In this document: positions 1 through 7,135 of the stretch, piece by piece
How the letters are laid out: each line of letters begins with the position of its first letter
Numbering within the stretch: the first letter of the stretch is position 1
Source: an uncultured Opitutales bacterium
Lineage (GTDB): Bacteria > Verrucomicrobiota > Verrucomicrobiia > Opitutales > Intestinicryptomonadaceae
DNA: 32,000 nucleotides
Reading direction: 5' to 3'
Assembly: GCA_934660865.1 (NCBI GenBank)
Contig: CAKUIA010000006.1
Span: forward strand, 1 to 32,000
Notes under the pieces: generated by a model
What the model was told of the DNA's origin: nothing
Seen by the model: only the letters and a program-made list of their open reading frames with translations
The model's database searches: none
Position numbers and translations under genes: made by a program

Positions 1-141
1 AAACTTTCAAAAGAAAACAAGTACGTAAAAAGCGTAAAGCTTAACGGCAAGCCATACACCAAAAAGACTATAAGCCATGCCGACATTGTTAACGGCGGCA
101 CTTTGGAATTTAGAATGACCGATACCCCGCAAAATAAATAG
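1..141 (+). CDS. 3' end of a CDS truncated by the window edge; the tail resembles glycoside hydrolase family 92 (alpha-mannosidase-like) C-termini
   Basis: Frame 1 is open from base 1: KLSKENKYVKSVKLNGKPYTKKTISHADIVNGGTLEFRMTDTPQNK, with TAG at 139-141. The LNGKPY...H.DI.NGGTLEF.M ending is recalled from GH92 C-termini. Only 46 aa are visible, so the family call is tentative. Confidence 0.5.
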   Translation, partial: KLSKENKYVKSVKLNGKPYTKKTISHADIVNGGTLEFRMTDTPQNK

Positions 142-158
142 AAATTTTGCGAGGCCAA

Positions 159-193
159 AGCCGCGGCAGTACGCTATTTGCCGCGGCTTTTTT
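159..193 (+). terminator. Rho-independent terminator after the truncated CDS
   Basis: A perfect 10-bp stem, agccgcggca (159-168) with tgccgcggct (179-188), has a 10-nt loop and is followed by TTTTT (189-193). Confidence 0.75.
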
Positions 194-233
194 ACATAAA
201 TACAAAAAAAATAAAATTTTTAGCAAACTAAGC

Positions 234-264
234 TTGACAATACCCCCATGTACAGGTTTTATTT
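234..264 (+). promoter_or_regulatory. Putative sigma-70-type promoter for rpmJ-rpmE
   Basis: A consensus TTGACA lies at 234-239. The A/T-rich -10 candidates are TTTTAT (257-262, 17-nt spacer) or TATTTT (259-264). It sits about 35 nt upstream of the rpmJ ATG. The -10 is weak. Confidence 0.3.
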
Positions 265-295
265 TAGTTTTTACACAATTTAGAAAGCAGAGACT

Positions 296-421
296 ATGAA
301 AGTCGTATCATCATTGAAATCGTTAAAGACACGCCACCCCGACTGCAAAGTTGTTCGCAGAAACGGCAAGGTATATGTAATTTGCAAATCTAATCCCCGC
401 TTTAAAGCAAGGCAGGGCTAA
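296..421 (+). CDS. rpmJ: 50S ribosomal protein L36, zinc-independent (YkgO-like, C-minus) form
   Basis: This small ORF is not in the supplied track. ATG is at 296 and TAA at 419-421. It translates to [41 protein letters not shown] (41 aa). This is nearly colinear with E. coli YkgO as I recall it (…RHPDC…[14 protein letters not shown]) and lacks the CxxC…C…H zinc ribbon of canonical L36. Confidence 0.9.
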   Translation: MKVVSSLKSLKTRHPDCKVVRRNGKVYVICKSNPRFKARQG

Positions 422-447
422 TAGCTTTTATAGGAGTTTATTATAAG

Positions 448-696
448 ATGAAAAAAGCAGGACACCCCGATTATCATCCCGTATGCTTTACGGACGTTTC
501 AACTGGCGCAAAGTTTTACACTAAATCTACAATGACGTCGAAACAGAAGGAAACTATCGACGGCGTTGAATACAATGTTGTAATTAGAGATGTTACGGCC
601 GACTCGCACCCCGCCTACACCGGCGAAAAGCGCTTTGTAGACACGGCAGGCCGCGTTGAAAAGTTCAACAAAAAGTTCGGCCGCGTACGCAAATAG
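448..696 (+). CDS. rpmE: 50S ribosomal protein L31 type B (zinc-independent, YkgM-like)
   Basis: 82 aa, beginning MKKAGHPDYHPVCFTDVSTGAKF and containing SHPAYTGEKRFVDTAGRVEKFNKKFG. It has one Cys only and no CxxC pairs, with the long type-B C-terminus. AGGAG lies 12 nt upstream of the ATG. Confidence 0.9.
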   Translation: MKKAGHPDYHPVCFTDVSTGAKFYTKSTMTSKQKETIDGVEYNVVIRDVTADSHPAYTGEKRFVDTAGRVEKFNKKFGRVRK

Positions 697-720
697 CTTT
701 TATTTGCAGCAAGGCACGCA

Positions 721-756
721 AAAAAACGCAGGGCTTTTTTCGCCCTGCGTTTTTTG
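721..756 (+). terminator. Rho-independent terminator after rpmE
   Basis: The stem acgcagggc (726-734) with gccctgcgt (742-750) has a 7-nt loop and a T-run at 751-755. An A-run at 721-725 upstream makes it formally bidirectional. Confidence 0.8.
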
Positions 757-874
757 TGCCTATGCAAAAGCGCCGCTTTCGGCAAAAACTGCACCCTTTT
801 TATGCCTTTTGCCCTGCCCTTTGTGCATAGCCTAATATTTGGGGCGCTAAAAAACATTTAAGCCGACTATTTTA

Positions 875-910
875 GAAAACAAAAACCCGCAACCTTTGCG
901 ATTGCGGGTT
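875..910 (-). terminator. Rho-independent terminator of the three-paralog operon
   Basis: The stem aacccgcaa (884-892) with ttgcgggtt (902-910) has a 9-nt loop. On the minus strand it is followed by TTTTGTTTT (plus-strand 876-884). It lies about 27 nt downstream of the stop at 937. Confidence 0.75.
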
Positions 911-936
911 TCGGCATAAAAATCACCAGCTTAGCC

Positions 937-1881
937 CTATTTTTTGGATTTTTCCACGGTAAGAACAATGTCGTTTACCGCCGAATCCCTTTCGGTTTTA
1001 TATTTTTGCATTGCAACGCAAATCGTTAAATCGGCAACCTGGCACTTTTCGCCAAGCTTAAGCTTTTTGTTGTTTACCATAACATAGTCGAAAGAGCCCC
1101 TTAGCTTTGCGTTTCTTCCCGAAAACAGTATTAGGGGGTAAACACCGGGCTTTGCCGCAGGCGTTATTCTAAGCATTATCGAGCTTCTGCCCAAGTCGTT
1201 GTTAGTTCCCTTAAAGACAAGGGTCGGTATATTGCCGTTTCTTTCTACAAACTCGAAATTTGAATGTGTATATTCGGGGTTGTCTATCGTCATATTGTCG
1301 ATAAGAACCACGCCGCCAAACTCGACCTTGCTTTTGCCCTCCAATATAATGCTGGAACCCGACGAAGCCTCTTTATTGCCGAGTTTTGGCACGTTAAAAG
1401 TAAGCACATAATTGCCGCTAAAAGTTGCGGTAGAATCCACAAACTTATACGCCATTGCGCCGAAGCTTGCGGCATCGGGGCGCGCAACGTTGTAGGTTTC
1501 TACGCCCGACTTGGAAACAAGCGTAGATTTCCTTAGCTCGAACATATTTGTGCTGAATTCTTCGGGCAGGTGCGTGCACAATTTGCCCGTCATAACAATC
1601 TTGCGCGATTCGGCCAAAACGTGCGAATTTACGGTAATTTCCCTTATGGCGATATCTTTGTCGATAATATTGGTAAAGTCGGCCCCGTCGCGGAAAACAA
1701 TGCTGTCGCCCTTGGCGGGCTGGCCTTTTAAAATGCCTGTATTGTTGTTTTCGCTATAATACCTAAGCTCGCCCATCTTTGCCGAGCCGGCCTCCCTGTT
1801 CGGAGCTTCGCTCCAAAAAGTAAGGGCAAACATATTCGAACCTGCCGCAAAAAGCGCGGCTGCAACAAAGATATTTTTCAT
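937..1881 (-). CDS. Secreted hypothetical protein, tandem paralog 1 of 3 (P1, 314 aa)
   Basis: The ORF has an ATG at 1881. The N-terminus is signal-peptide-like (MKNIFVAAALFAAGSNMFALTF) with no lipobox Cys. It is colinear with the two upstream genes: GDSIVF, FVDSTATFSGNYVLTFN, IPTLVFKG, PGVYPLILF…GSFD, and a NDIVLTVE tail. I recognise no known domain. Confidence 0.8.
   Translation of the reverse strand: MKNIFVAAALFAAGSNMFALTFWSEAPNREAGSAKMGELRYYSENNNTGILKGQPAKGDSIVFRDGADFTNIIDKDIAIREITVNSHVLAESRKIVMTGKLCTHLPEEFSTNMFELRKSTLVSKSGVETYNVARPDAASFGAMAYKFVDSTATFSGNYVLTFNVPKLGNKEASSGSSIILEGKSKVEFGGVVLIDNMTIDNPEYTHSNFEFVERNGNIPTLVFKGTNNDLGRSSIMLRITPAAKPGVYPLILFSGRNAKLRGSFDYVMVNNKKLKLGEKCQVADLTICVAMQKYKTERDSAVNDIVLTVEKSKK
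1393..1437. repeat. Nucleotide-level remnant of the tandem duplication (copy in P1)
   Basis: By my count, 37 of 45 positions match 2329-2373 at a constant offset of 936 bp. The matches include exact runs gttaaaagtaag (12 nt) and aaagttgcggtagaatc (17 nt). Confidence 0.8.
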
Positions 1882-1887
1882 TTTATG

Positions 1888-2811
1888 CTACTCCAAAGTA
1901 AGGACTATGTCGTTGGAAACCTTGTCTCTGTCGGCGGGAGCTACGCCCCAGTCTACAGTGGCGGTTCTGTCGCCGATTTTCTTCGACTGCCCGAGTTTTA
2001 GCTGCGTGCCGTTAATTTTTACCGAAACAAATTCGCCCCTCGTCCTTACCGATTTAGGAAAGTGGATAAGCGCATATTTGCCGCTTTGGATTTTGCCCGT
2101 AATTGTAAGCTCTATTGCGCTCTTTTCGAAAGTGCCGCCGTTTTTGCCCGAAAACACGAGAACGGGAAGCTTTCCGTCCTTTTCGGCAAATGTAAACAGC
2201 GACTGCGCCGCCGCATTGGTCTGCGTTAAATCCGAAATTATGGGAACGCCCTTAAATTCCACCTTGGTAGCGCCCGTAAGCATAAGCGCAAAGCCCGACT
2301 TGCTTTTTTTGTTGCCCAAATTCGACAAGTTAAAAGTAAGTATGCAGTTGCCGTCGAAAGTTGCGGTAGAATCTATAAACCTGTATTGCGTAATGCCGAA
2401 ATTTGCAACGCCGGGGCGGCCTATATTAAAGGTATCCAGCCCGCCTTTTGCGGTAAAGAGGCAGTTTTTAAGCTCCAAATACTTTATCTCGTTTTCGCTG
2501 CCTAAGTGGGTGCTAAGCGAGCCTTTTGTAAGGTTTATTTTTCTCTTTTCGGCGCGAACTTGCCCGTTAATGCAAATAGACCCGCAAACTATGTCGGAAT
2601 CAAGCTCTATCACGCGCCCTCTCAGGTTTATCGAATCGCCTTTGCGGGGCTTGCCCGAAAGCTTTGCCGTGTTTTCGTTGTCGGCATACCACGCCAATTT
2701 CGAAAACTTTGCAACGCCCTTTTCCTGATGTTCTATTTGTCCGTTAAAGACAAGGCCGAACAGGTTTGCCGCCGCAAAAACGGCCGCCAATGTAAAAATG
2801 CTTTTTCTCAT
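1888..2811 (-). CDS. Secreted hypothetical protein, tandem paralog 2 of 3 (P2, 307 aa)
   Basis: I moved the start to the ATG at 2811 (MRKSIFTLAAVFAAANLFGLVF, signal-like). The 28-codon R/K-rich extension in the track would overlap the upstream paralog. Motifs shared with P1 are GDSINL, FIDSTATFDGNCILTFN, LPVLVFSG, GKYALIHF…GEF and NDIVLTLE. There is a 6-bp gap to the P1 start. Confidence 0.8.
   Translation of the reverse strand: MRKSIFTLAAVFAAANLFGLVFNGQIEHQEKGVAKFSKLAWYADNENTAKLSGKPRKGDSINLRGRVIELDSDIVCGSICINGQVRAEKRKINLTKGSLSTHLGSENEIKYLELKNCLFTAKGGLDTFNIGRPGVANFGITQYRFIDSTATFDGNCILTFNLSNLGNKKSKSGFALMLTGATKVEFKGVPIISDLTQTNAAAQSLFTFAEKDGKLPVLVFSGKNGGTFEKSAIELTITGKIQSGKYALIHFPKSVRTRGEFVSVKINGTQLKLGQSKKIGDRTATVDWGVAPADRDKVSNDIVLTLE
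2329..2373. repeat. Nucleotide-level remnant of the tandem duplication (copy in P2)
   Basis: This is the partner of 1393-1437, in the same reading-frame register at an offset of 936 bp. Confidence 0.8.
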
Positions 2812-2813
2812 AT

Positions 2814-3788
2814 TTATTTTTCCTCGGGTTGCGATACCTGCAAAATAAGGTCGTTTGCGGTGCGCTTGTCTTTGCCGTTTGCGGCGGCGCCCCACATAAG
2901 CTTAACTTCCTTGCCGTACAACTTAACGGCATCGCCGCCAATGGTAACCTTTTTGTTGTTTATTGTAACTTTGTCGAACTTGCCCTTGGGCTTTGCCGAA
3001 GTTTCTACAACAAGCAAAGGATAAAGCCCCGGCTTTGTTTTGCTGTTTATCCTGACTTTTATTCTGGGGTTTTGAAAGTCTACCTTGCTGTTATATACAA
3101 ACAGGCTCGGCAAAAAGCCGCCTTTGTCCTTAAACGAAAGCAGGCACTCGAACCTTTCGGGGTTTGTGGTAAACATCGCGTCTAATATAAGCGCGCCCTT
3201 AAGGTTTATAACACCCTTGCCTTCAAGTATAAAGCCAAGACCGCTGGCTTCGTCCAGCTCTTTGGGCTCGCCCATGGCCTCAACCAAAAAGCTCATTGTA
3301 TTTAAAATGTTTATTGTGCCGTTGCTAACTTCCAGGGTTACTTTGCCGTAGTTGCAGTCGCGCATAATGCCGCCGCGAACTTGCCCTTTAAACACTTTCA
3401 CGTTTGCAACGCCGTTCTTTTTCGCCGAAAGAGCTGTTGTCGTTCCGCTGGAATATGTCGCAAAGCTGTTTACAACCACAACGTCAAGCTTTTTGCCGTC
3501 TACTTCAAAAAGGTTGCCGCCCTCAAGCTCAAGCGTTTTAACCTGCAAGTCTTTGTCTAGGGTAATAATGTCGCCGCCGCGTATAAAGGCCATATCGTTC
3601 TTGCCGGGAACGCCCTTTGCGGGCAGCGCCTGCTGCTGGTAGCTGTTATACCATTTAACTTCGCTGAATTTTACGTCGTGCGCGCCCTCGGTGTTTTCCG
3701 AATTATTCTTAAAGCCGTAGTAGTCGTAGGCAAATGCGCTTGCCGAAAGCATAAGGGGTATAAAAGAAAGTGCTATAATTTTTTTCAT
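2814..3788 (-). CDS. Secreted hypothetical protein, tandem paralog 3 of 3 (P3, 324 aa, most divergent)
   Basis: I moved the start to the ATG at 3788 (MKKIIALSFIPLMLSASAFA-YDYY, a clear signal peptide with an A-x-A site). It shares the order of motifs with P1/P2: WY…GKNDMAFIRGG, GFILEGKG, FLPSLFVYN, KPGLYPLLVV…GKFDKVTINNKKV and NDLILQVS. The stop lies 2 bp before the P2 start. Confidence 0.78.
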   Translation of the reverse strand: MKKIIALSFIPLMLSASAFAYDYYGFKNNSENTEGAHDVKFSEVKWYNSYQQQALPAKGVPGKNDMAFIRGGDIITLDKDLQVKTLELEGGNLFEVDGKKLDVVVVNSFATYSSGTTTALSAKKNGVANVKVFKGQVRGGIMRDCNYGKVTLEVSNGTINILNTMSFLVEAMGEPKELDEASGLGFILEGKGVINLKGALILDAMFTTNPERFECLLSFKDKGGFLPSLFVYNSKVDFQNPRIKVRINSKTKPGLYPLLVVETSAKPKGKFDKVTINNKKVTIGGDAVKLYGKEVKLMWGAAANGKDKRTANDLILQVSQPEEK

Positions 3789-3798
3789 AATAAACCGA

Positions 3799-3826
3799 AG
3801 TATAGTCGCAAAAATTTTCGTTTCAA
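3799..3826 (-). promoter_or_regulatory. Putative sigma-70-type promoter of the paralog operon, giving a very short leader
   Basis: On the minus strand, TTGAAA (plus 3821-3826) is followed by a 16-nt spacer and TATACT (plus 3799-3804). Only 10 nt separate the -10 from the ATG at 3788, and no Shine-Dalgarno sequence is visible. Confidence 0.4.
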
Positions 3827-3908
3827 CAAAAAACCTATACATTTACAAAAAAATCGAAAACGGCTACAAACGCGCCGCTTTGCAACAACTTTTTTGCGGC
3901 GGCGGCTT

Positions 3909-4286
3909 TTAGCGCCCGTGGCGTATAATATACTCGTAGGCCTGCACAACAGTGCGCAGCTCCTTTGCAACGGCCTCCAGCGCCGCGTCCGAAAGCCCCT
4001 TGCTTTGCAGCAAGTCGGGGTGCAACTCTTTGCACTTTTTGTGGTACGCTTTTTTTACGTCGCTTTTGCATGCGCCGAAGGGCACTCCCAACGTTTTGTA
4101 GCATTCGGCCAAAGTTGCAGCGCTTTGTTCGGCTGCCTCAAATTCGCCAACGCGCCCGCTTTTATGCGAAGCTTTATACGAAGCTGCACCCTTGTCGATA
4201 AAAAACCCGACAATAAAACCCACAACAAGCCCCACATACCTAAAGGCCAAAAAGCCCAACAGTGCTCCGAGTATTTTTGCGTTCAT
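3909..4286 (-). CDS. Small membrane-anchored J-domain protein (DjlA-like co-chaperone, 125 aa)
   Basis: The N-terminus is hydrophobic (ILGALLGFLAFRYVGLVVGFIVGFFI). The C-terminal J domain reads YKTLGVPFGACKSDVKKAYHKKCKELHPDLL and carries the diagnostic HPD tripeptide. Confidence 0.8.
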   Translation of the reverse strand: MNAKILGALLGFLAFRYVGLVVGFIVGFFIDKGAASYKASHKSGRVGEFEAAEQSAATLAECYKTLGVPFGACKSDVKKAYHKKCKELHPDLLQSKGLSDAALEAVAKELRTVVQAYEYIIRHGR

Positions 4287-4400
4287 ATTGCGGTGTTTTA
4301 TATACGCAAATATTTTGCGCTATGCGCCCCGCCGTCAACAAAATTCCCGACTAATATAATACTTGACGTACAAAGGCCCCGCAGGGTATTCTTGCGGATT

Positions 4401-5399
4401 ATGAATCGTTTATTTTTAAGAACATTTTTAACCGTTTCGTTTTTAGCCGCGTCATTTTCGGGCTTTGCCCAGCAAGACAAAAAACCCACTCCCTACGAAA
4501 GGGGCACAATGCAGTACAAGGGGCACAACGCCATAAGGGACATTGTGTATAAAACCACCGCCGACGGGCAAAAGCTTGAAATGGACATAATTTTGCCGAA
4601 GGAAAAGCTCTATAAAAACGGAGCCCCCGTTGTTTTGCAAATACACGGCGGCGGCTGGCACAGCGGCGACAGGTTCCACCTCGGCGGCGACGTTGCCTAC
4701 TACGACAAAAAGGGCGTTGCAACCGCAACGGTTTCGTACCGCCTGATTTCCCTCGAAAAGGGAATTACCATGGTCGACTGCATTAAAGACGTTAAAGACG
4801 CCGCGCGCTTTCTTGCCAAAAACGCTAAGAAATACGGGCTAGACGCTTCGAGGATAGCCGTTTGGGGGCACTCGGCGGGCGGACACCTTTCGCTTATGGA
4901 AGTGTTGACCAGCAACAAAGACTTTGTAGACGACAAAGACCTGGCAAAATACGAGCCTAAATTTGTGTGCGCAGTAGGGTTGGCCCCCATAGTAAGCTTT
5001 GTTAACCCAAAGGCGAACGACCTTACCACAACCGACAACACAAGAAGGTTCGGCAAGGGCAACAAAGACAATAAGCAGATTGCCGAACTTGTAAGCCCAA
5101 TTTGCTATTTAAAGAAAAATTCCGTTCCCCTCTTCATAGTCCAGGGCGACCGCGACACGCTTGTAGACGTTGCTTCCGCACGCATATTTGTAGACAAGGC
5201 GAAAAAGATTGGTGCAAACGTAAAATATCTTGAAATTGCAAACGCCTGGCACGACTTTAACTACGGCCTAAAGGGCGATTCGAAAAACCCGAAAGACCGC
5301 GATACCACAAAAAAGCCGTCGGTGCCGCATTCCAAGATAGTAAAAGACCGCCACGACTTTATAGACGAATACCTGCTGGACGGCATAGAGGAATTGTAA
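4401..5399 (+). CDS. Secreted alpha/beta-hydrolase (esterase/lipase-type, 332 aa)
   Basis: I moved the start to the ATG at 4401 (MNRLFLRTFLTVSFLAASFSGFAQQ, a signal peptide). The longer track ORF overlaps the antisense J-protein gene. It has an HGGGW oxyanion motif, a GHSAGG nucleophile elbow, and GDRDTLV and WHDF acid/His motifs. Confidence 0.85.
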   Translation: MNRLFLRTFLTVSFLAASFSGFAQQDKKPTPYERGTMQYKGHNAIRDIVYKTTADGQKLEMDIILPKEKLYKNGAPVVLQIHGGGWHSGDRFHLGGDVAYYDKKGVATATVSYRLISLEKGITMVDCIKDVKDAARFLAKNAKKYGLDASRIAVWGHSAGGHLSLMEVLTSNKDFVDDKDLAKYEPKFVCAVGLAPIVSFVNPKANDLTTTDNTRRFGKGNKDNKQIAELVSPICYLKKNSVPLFIVQGDRDTLVDVASARIFVDKAKKIGANVKYLEIANAWHDFNYGLKGDSKNPKDRDTTKKPSVPHSKIVKDRHDFIDEYLLDGIEEL

Positions 5400-5400
5400 T

Positions 5401-6339
5401 ATGAAATTCGGCAAAAAAAAGCCTCTTGTAATAGACGAGCCGAAAAAGAAAACTTTGTATACCATAAAGCTTTTGCCCGAGCAGGCGGAGGCTTTAAACG
5501 CATGGCTTAGCGCGCACCTTTGGGCGCCGTACAATGTAGACTATGCCGATTTTGCCTTTAAATCGCGCGATTGCAATGTTGTATTCTACACTTCGGGCAA
5601 GCTTGTTGTCCAGGGCAAGGGCACCGAAGATTTTGTGCGCTTTGTGCTTGAAGGCGAAATAACAAAAGAGGCCAAATTCGGCTACGAAGAGGTTTTAAAC
5701 CCCGAATGGTTTACCGAACATGCCGGCGTAGACGAATCGGGCAAGGGCGACCTTTTCGGCCCGCTCGTTTCCGCATGCGTTATCGCCGACAAAGCCGCCG
5801 TAAAAAAATGGGTTAGCGACGGACTTAAGGAATCGAAAAAAGTTACCAGCGACAAGGCCGTTATGGCGATGGCCAAGAAAATCAAGGCCACAAAGAACGT
5901 TGTTATCAAGGTTACCTATGCGAATATGGAAAAATACAACGCCCTTTACGAAAAGTTCGGCAACCTAAACAAAATGCTGGCGTGGATGCACGCAAAGTCG
6001 GTAGACAACGCCCTTGCCGAAAGGCATGTGACATGGGGTATGCTTGACCAGTTTACAAAACAGCCCCTTGTGCAACGCCAGCTGCAGACAAAAGATTTTA
6101 CGCTAAAAATGCAGACCAGGGCCGAAAGCGACCCCGTTGTTGCCGCGGCCTCGATAATTGCAAGGGCAACCTACATATATGTTATGCAGAGGCTTTCGGA
6201 AGAATCGGGCATTGAGCTTTCGAAGGGAGTTTCCGCCAACGTAAAAGAGCAATGCAAAGCCCTGATAGAAAAATTCGGCGCGCAAAATCTGCCTAAATTT
6301 GCAAAAATGCACTTTAAAACGGTAAAGGAGCTTGTTTAA
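5401..6339 (+). CDS. rnhC: Ribonuclease HIII
   Basis: 312 aa. The N-terminal region is substrate-binding-domain-like (YTIKLLPEQAEAL…FYTSGKLVVQGKG), followed by an RNase H type 2 core with GVDESGKGDLFGPL. It starts 1 nt after the esterase stop. Confidence 0.85.
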   Translation: MKFGKKKPLVIDEPKKKTLYTIKLLPEQAEALNAWLSAHLWAPYNVDYADFAFKSRDCNVVFYTSGKLVVQGKGTEDFVRFVLEGEITKEAKFGYEEVLNPEWFTEHAGVDESGKGDLFGPLVSACVIADKAAVKKWVSDGLKESKKVTSDKAVMAMAKKIKATKNVVIKVTYANMEKYNALYEKFGNLNKMLAWMHAKSVDNALAERHVTWGMLDQFTKQPLVQRQLQTKDFTLKMQTRAESDPVVAAASIIARATYIYVMQRLSEESGIELSKGVSANVKEQCKALIEKFGAQNLPKFAKMHFKTVKELV

Positions 6340-6342
6340 AAA

Positions 6343-7074
6343 ATGAATCCTTTGGCGGAATTCGACACCCAGCAGCTTAGAACGCGCCCCTATATTACGG
6401 GCGTAGACGAGGCCGGCCGCGGCGCGCTTGCAGGCCCCGTTTCGGCGGCGGCCTTTGTCGCAAAAGCCGGCTTTTATTCGCAAAGCGGCGAATTGTTCGA
6501 TTCCATAAACGACTCTAAAAAACTTGGCCCCGAAAAACGTCTGGAAATTTTCAAATATTTGTCGTCTTTAAAAGAGCAAAACATTGTAGATTTTGAATGT
6601 GCGTTTTCGTCGGTGGAGGAAATAGAGCAGTTCAATATTTTAAAGGCCACGGCAATGGCAATGGAAAAGGCTTTGCGCGCGCTAAACGAACGCCTTAACC
6701 TAAACTACAAAAGGAACGCCCCCGCCCTTACGCTTTTCGGCGAAAGCGCGGTAGACACCGCCCAGTCGGAAATCTTTATAGACGGCAAACCCATAAAAAA
6801 TTTCGAATTTAGGCACCGCGCCATAGTAAAGGGCGACTCTACCTGCATGGCAATAGCCGCGGCCTCGATTGTGGCCAAAGTTACGCGAGACCTGTTTATG
6901 GACGAAATGGGCAAAAAATACAAGCACTACGGCTTTGAACAGCACAAAGGCTACGGCACCGAGCTTCATTGCGAAAGAATTAAAGAGCTTGGAAGGTGCC
7001 CCATTCACAGGCTTACTTTTGTAAAAACAATGCTCGAACACGATAAAAAAGACCCCCAAGGCGAGCTTTTTTAA
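6343..7074 (+). CDS. rnhB: Ribonuclease HII
   Basis: 243 aa with the GVDEAGRGALAGPV catalytic motif, plus DSKKL and IVAKVTRD…YGF..HKGYGT. AAGGAG lies upstream, and there is a 3-nt gap to rnhC. Confidence 0.9.
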   Translation: MNPLAEFDTQQLRTRPYITGVDEAGRGALAGPVSAAAFVAKAGFYSQSGELFDSINDSKKLGPEKRLEIFKYLSSLKEQNIVDFECAFSSVEEIEQFNILKATAMAMEKALRALNERLNLNYKRNAPALTLFGESAVDTAQSEIFIDGKPIKNFEFRHRAIVKGDSTCMAIAAASIVAKVTRDLFMDEMGKKYKHYGFEQHKGYGTELHCERIKELGRCPIHRLTFVKTMLEHDKKDPQGELF

Positions 7075-7135
7075 CCTATTTAAAACGGATATATTTGACA
7101 TTCATACCCTATAGTACAGAATACAACCCCTAAAA

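Noticed and set aside
194-295. A search for a Zur/Fur-type operator upstream of the C-minus rpmJ-rpmE pair
   Set aside because: I found only short A/T near-palindromes (taaaattttta, and tgta…taca with a 19-nt spacer). Nothing resembles the known Zur boxes I recall.
615-857. An 80-aa minus-strand ORF across the rpmE 3' end and its terminator
   Set aside because: It overlaps rpmE antisense and spans two hairpin terminators. Its basic, low-complexity translation has no coding support.
1907-2728. A 273-aa plus-strand ORF, and similar ORFs at 1199-1759 and 2829-3642
   Set aside because: These are antisense shadows of the P1-P3 genes. Their composition is S/P/F/L-rich and nonsense-like, they have no start context, and the minus-strand frames carry the paralog motifs.
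2812-2895. Upstream extensions of P2 (to 2895) and of P3 (3789-3842)
   Set aside because: The P2 extension is an Arg/Lys string that overlaps the 3' end of P3. The P3 extension precedes a perfect MKK… signal peptide and covers the candidate promoter. The internal ATGs at 2811 and 3788 give canonical signal peptides.
3678-4400. A 241-codon N-terminal extension of the esterase ORF, which the track gives as 573 aa
   Set aside because: The extension is R/K/F-rich and low in complexity. It runs antisense across the well-supported J-domain gene (3909-4286) and the paralog promoter. A clean signal peptide begins at the internal ATG at 4401.
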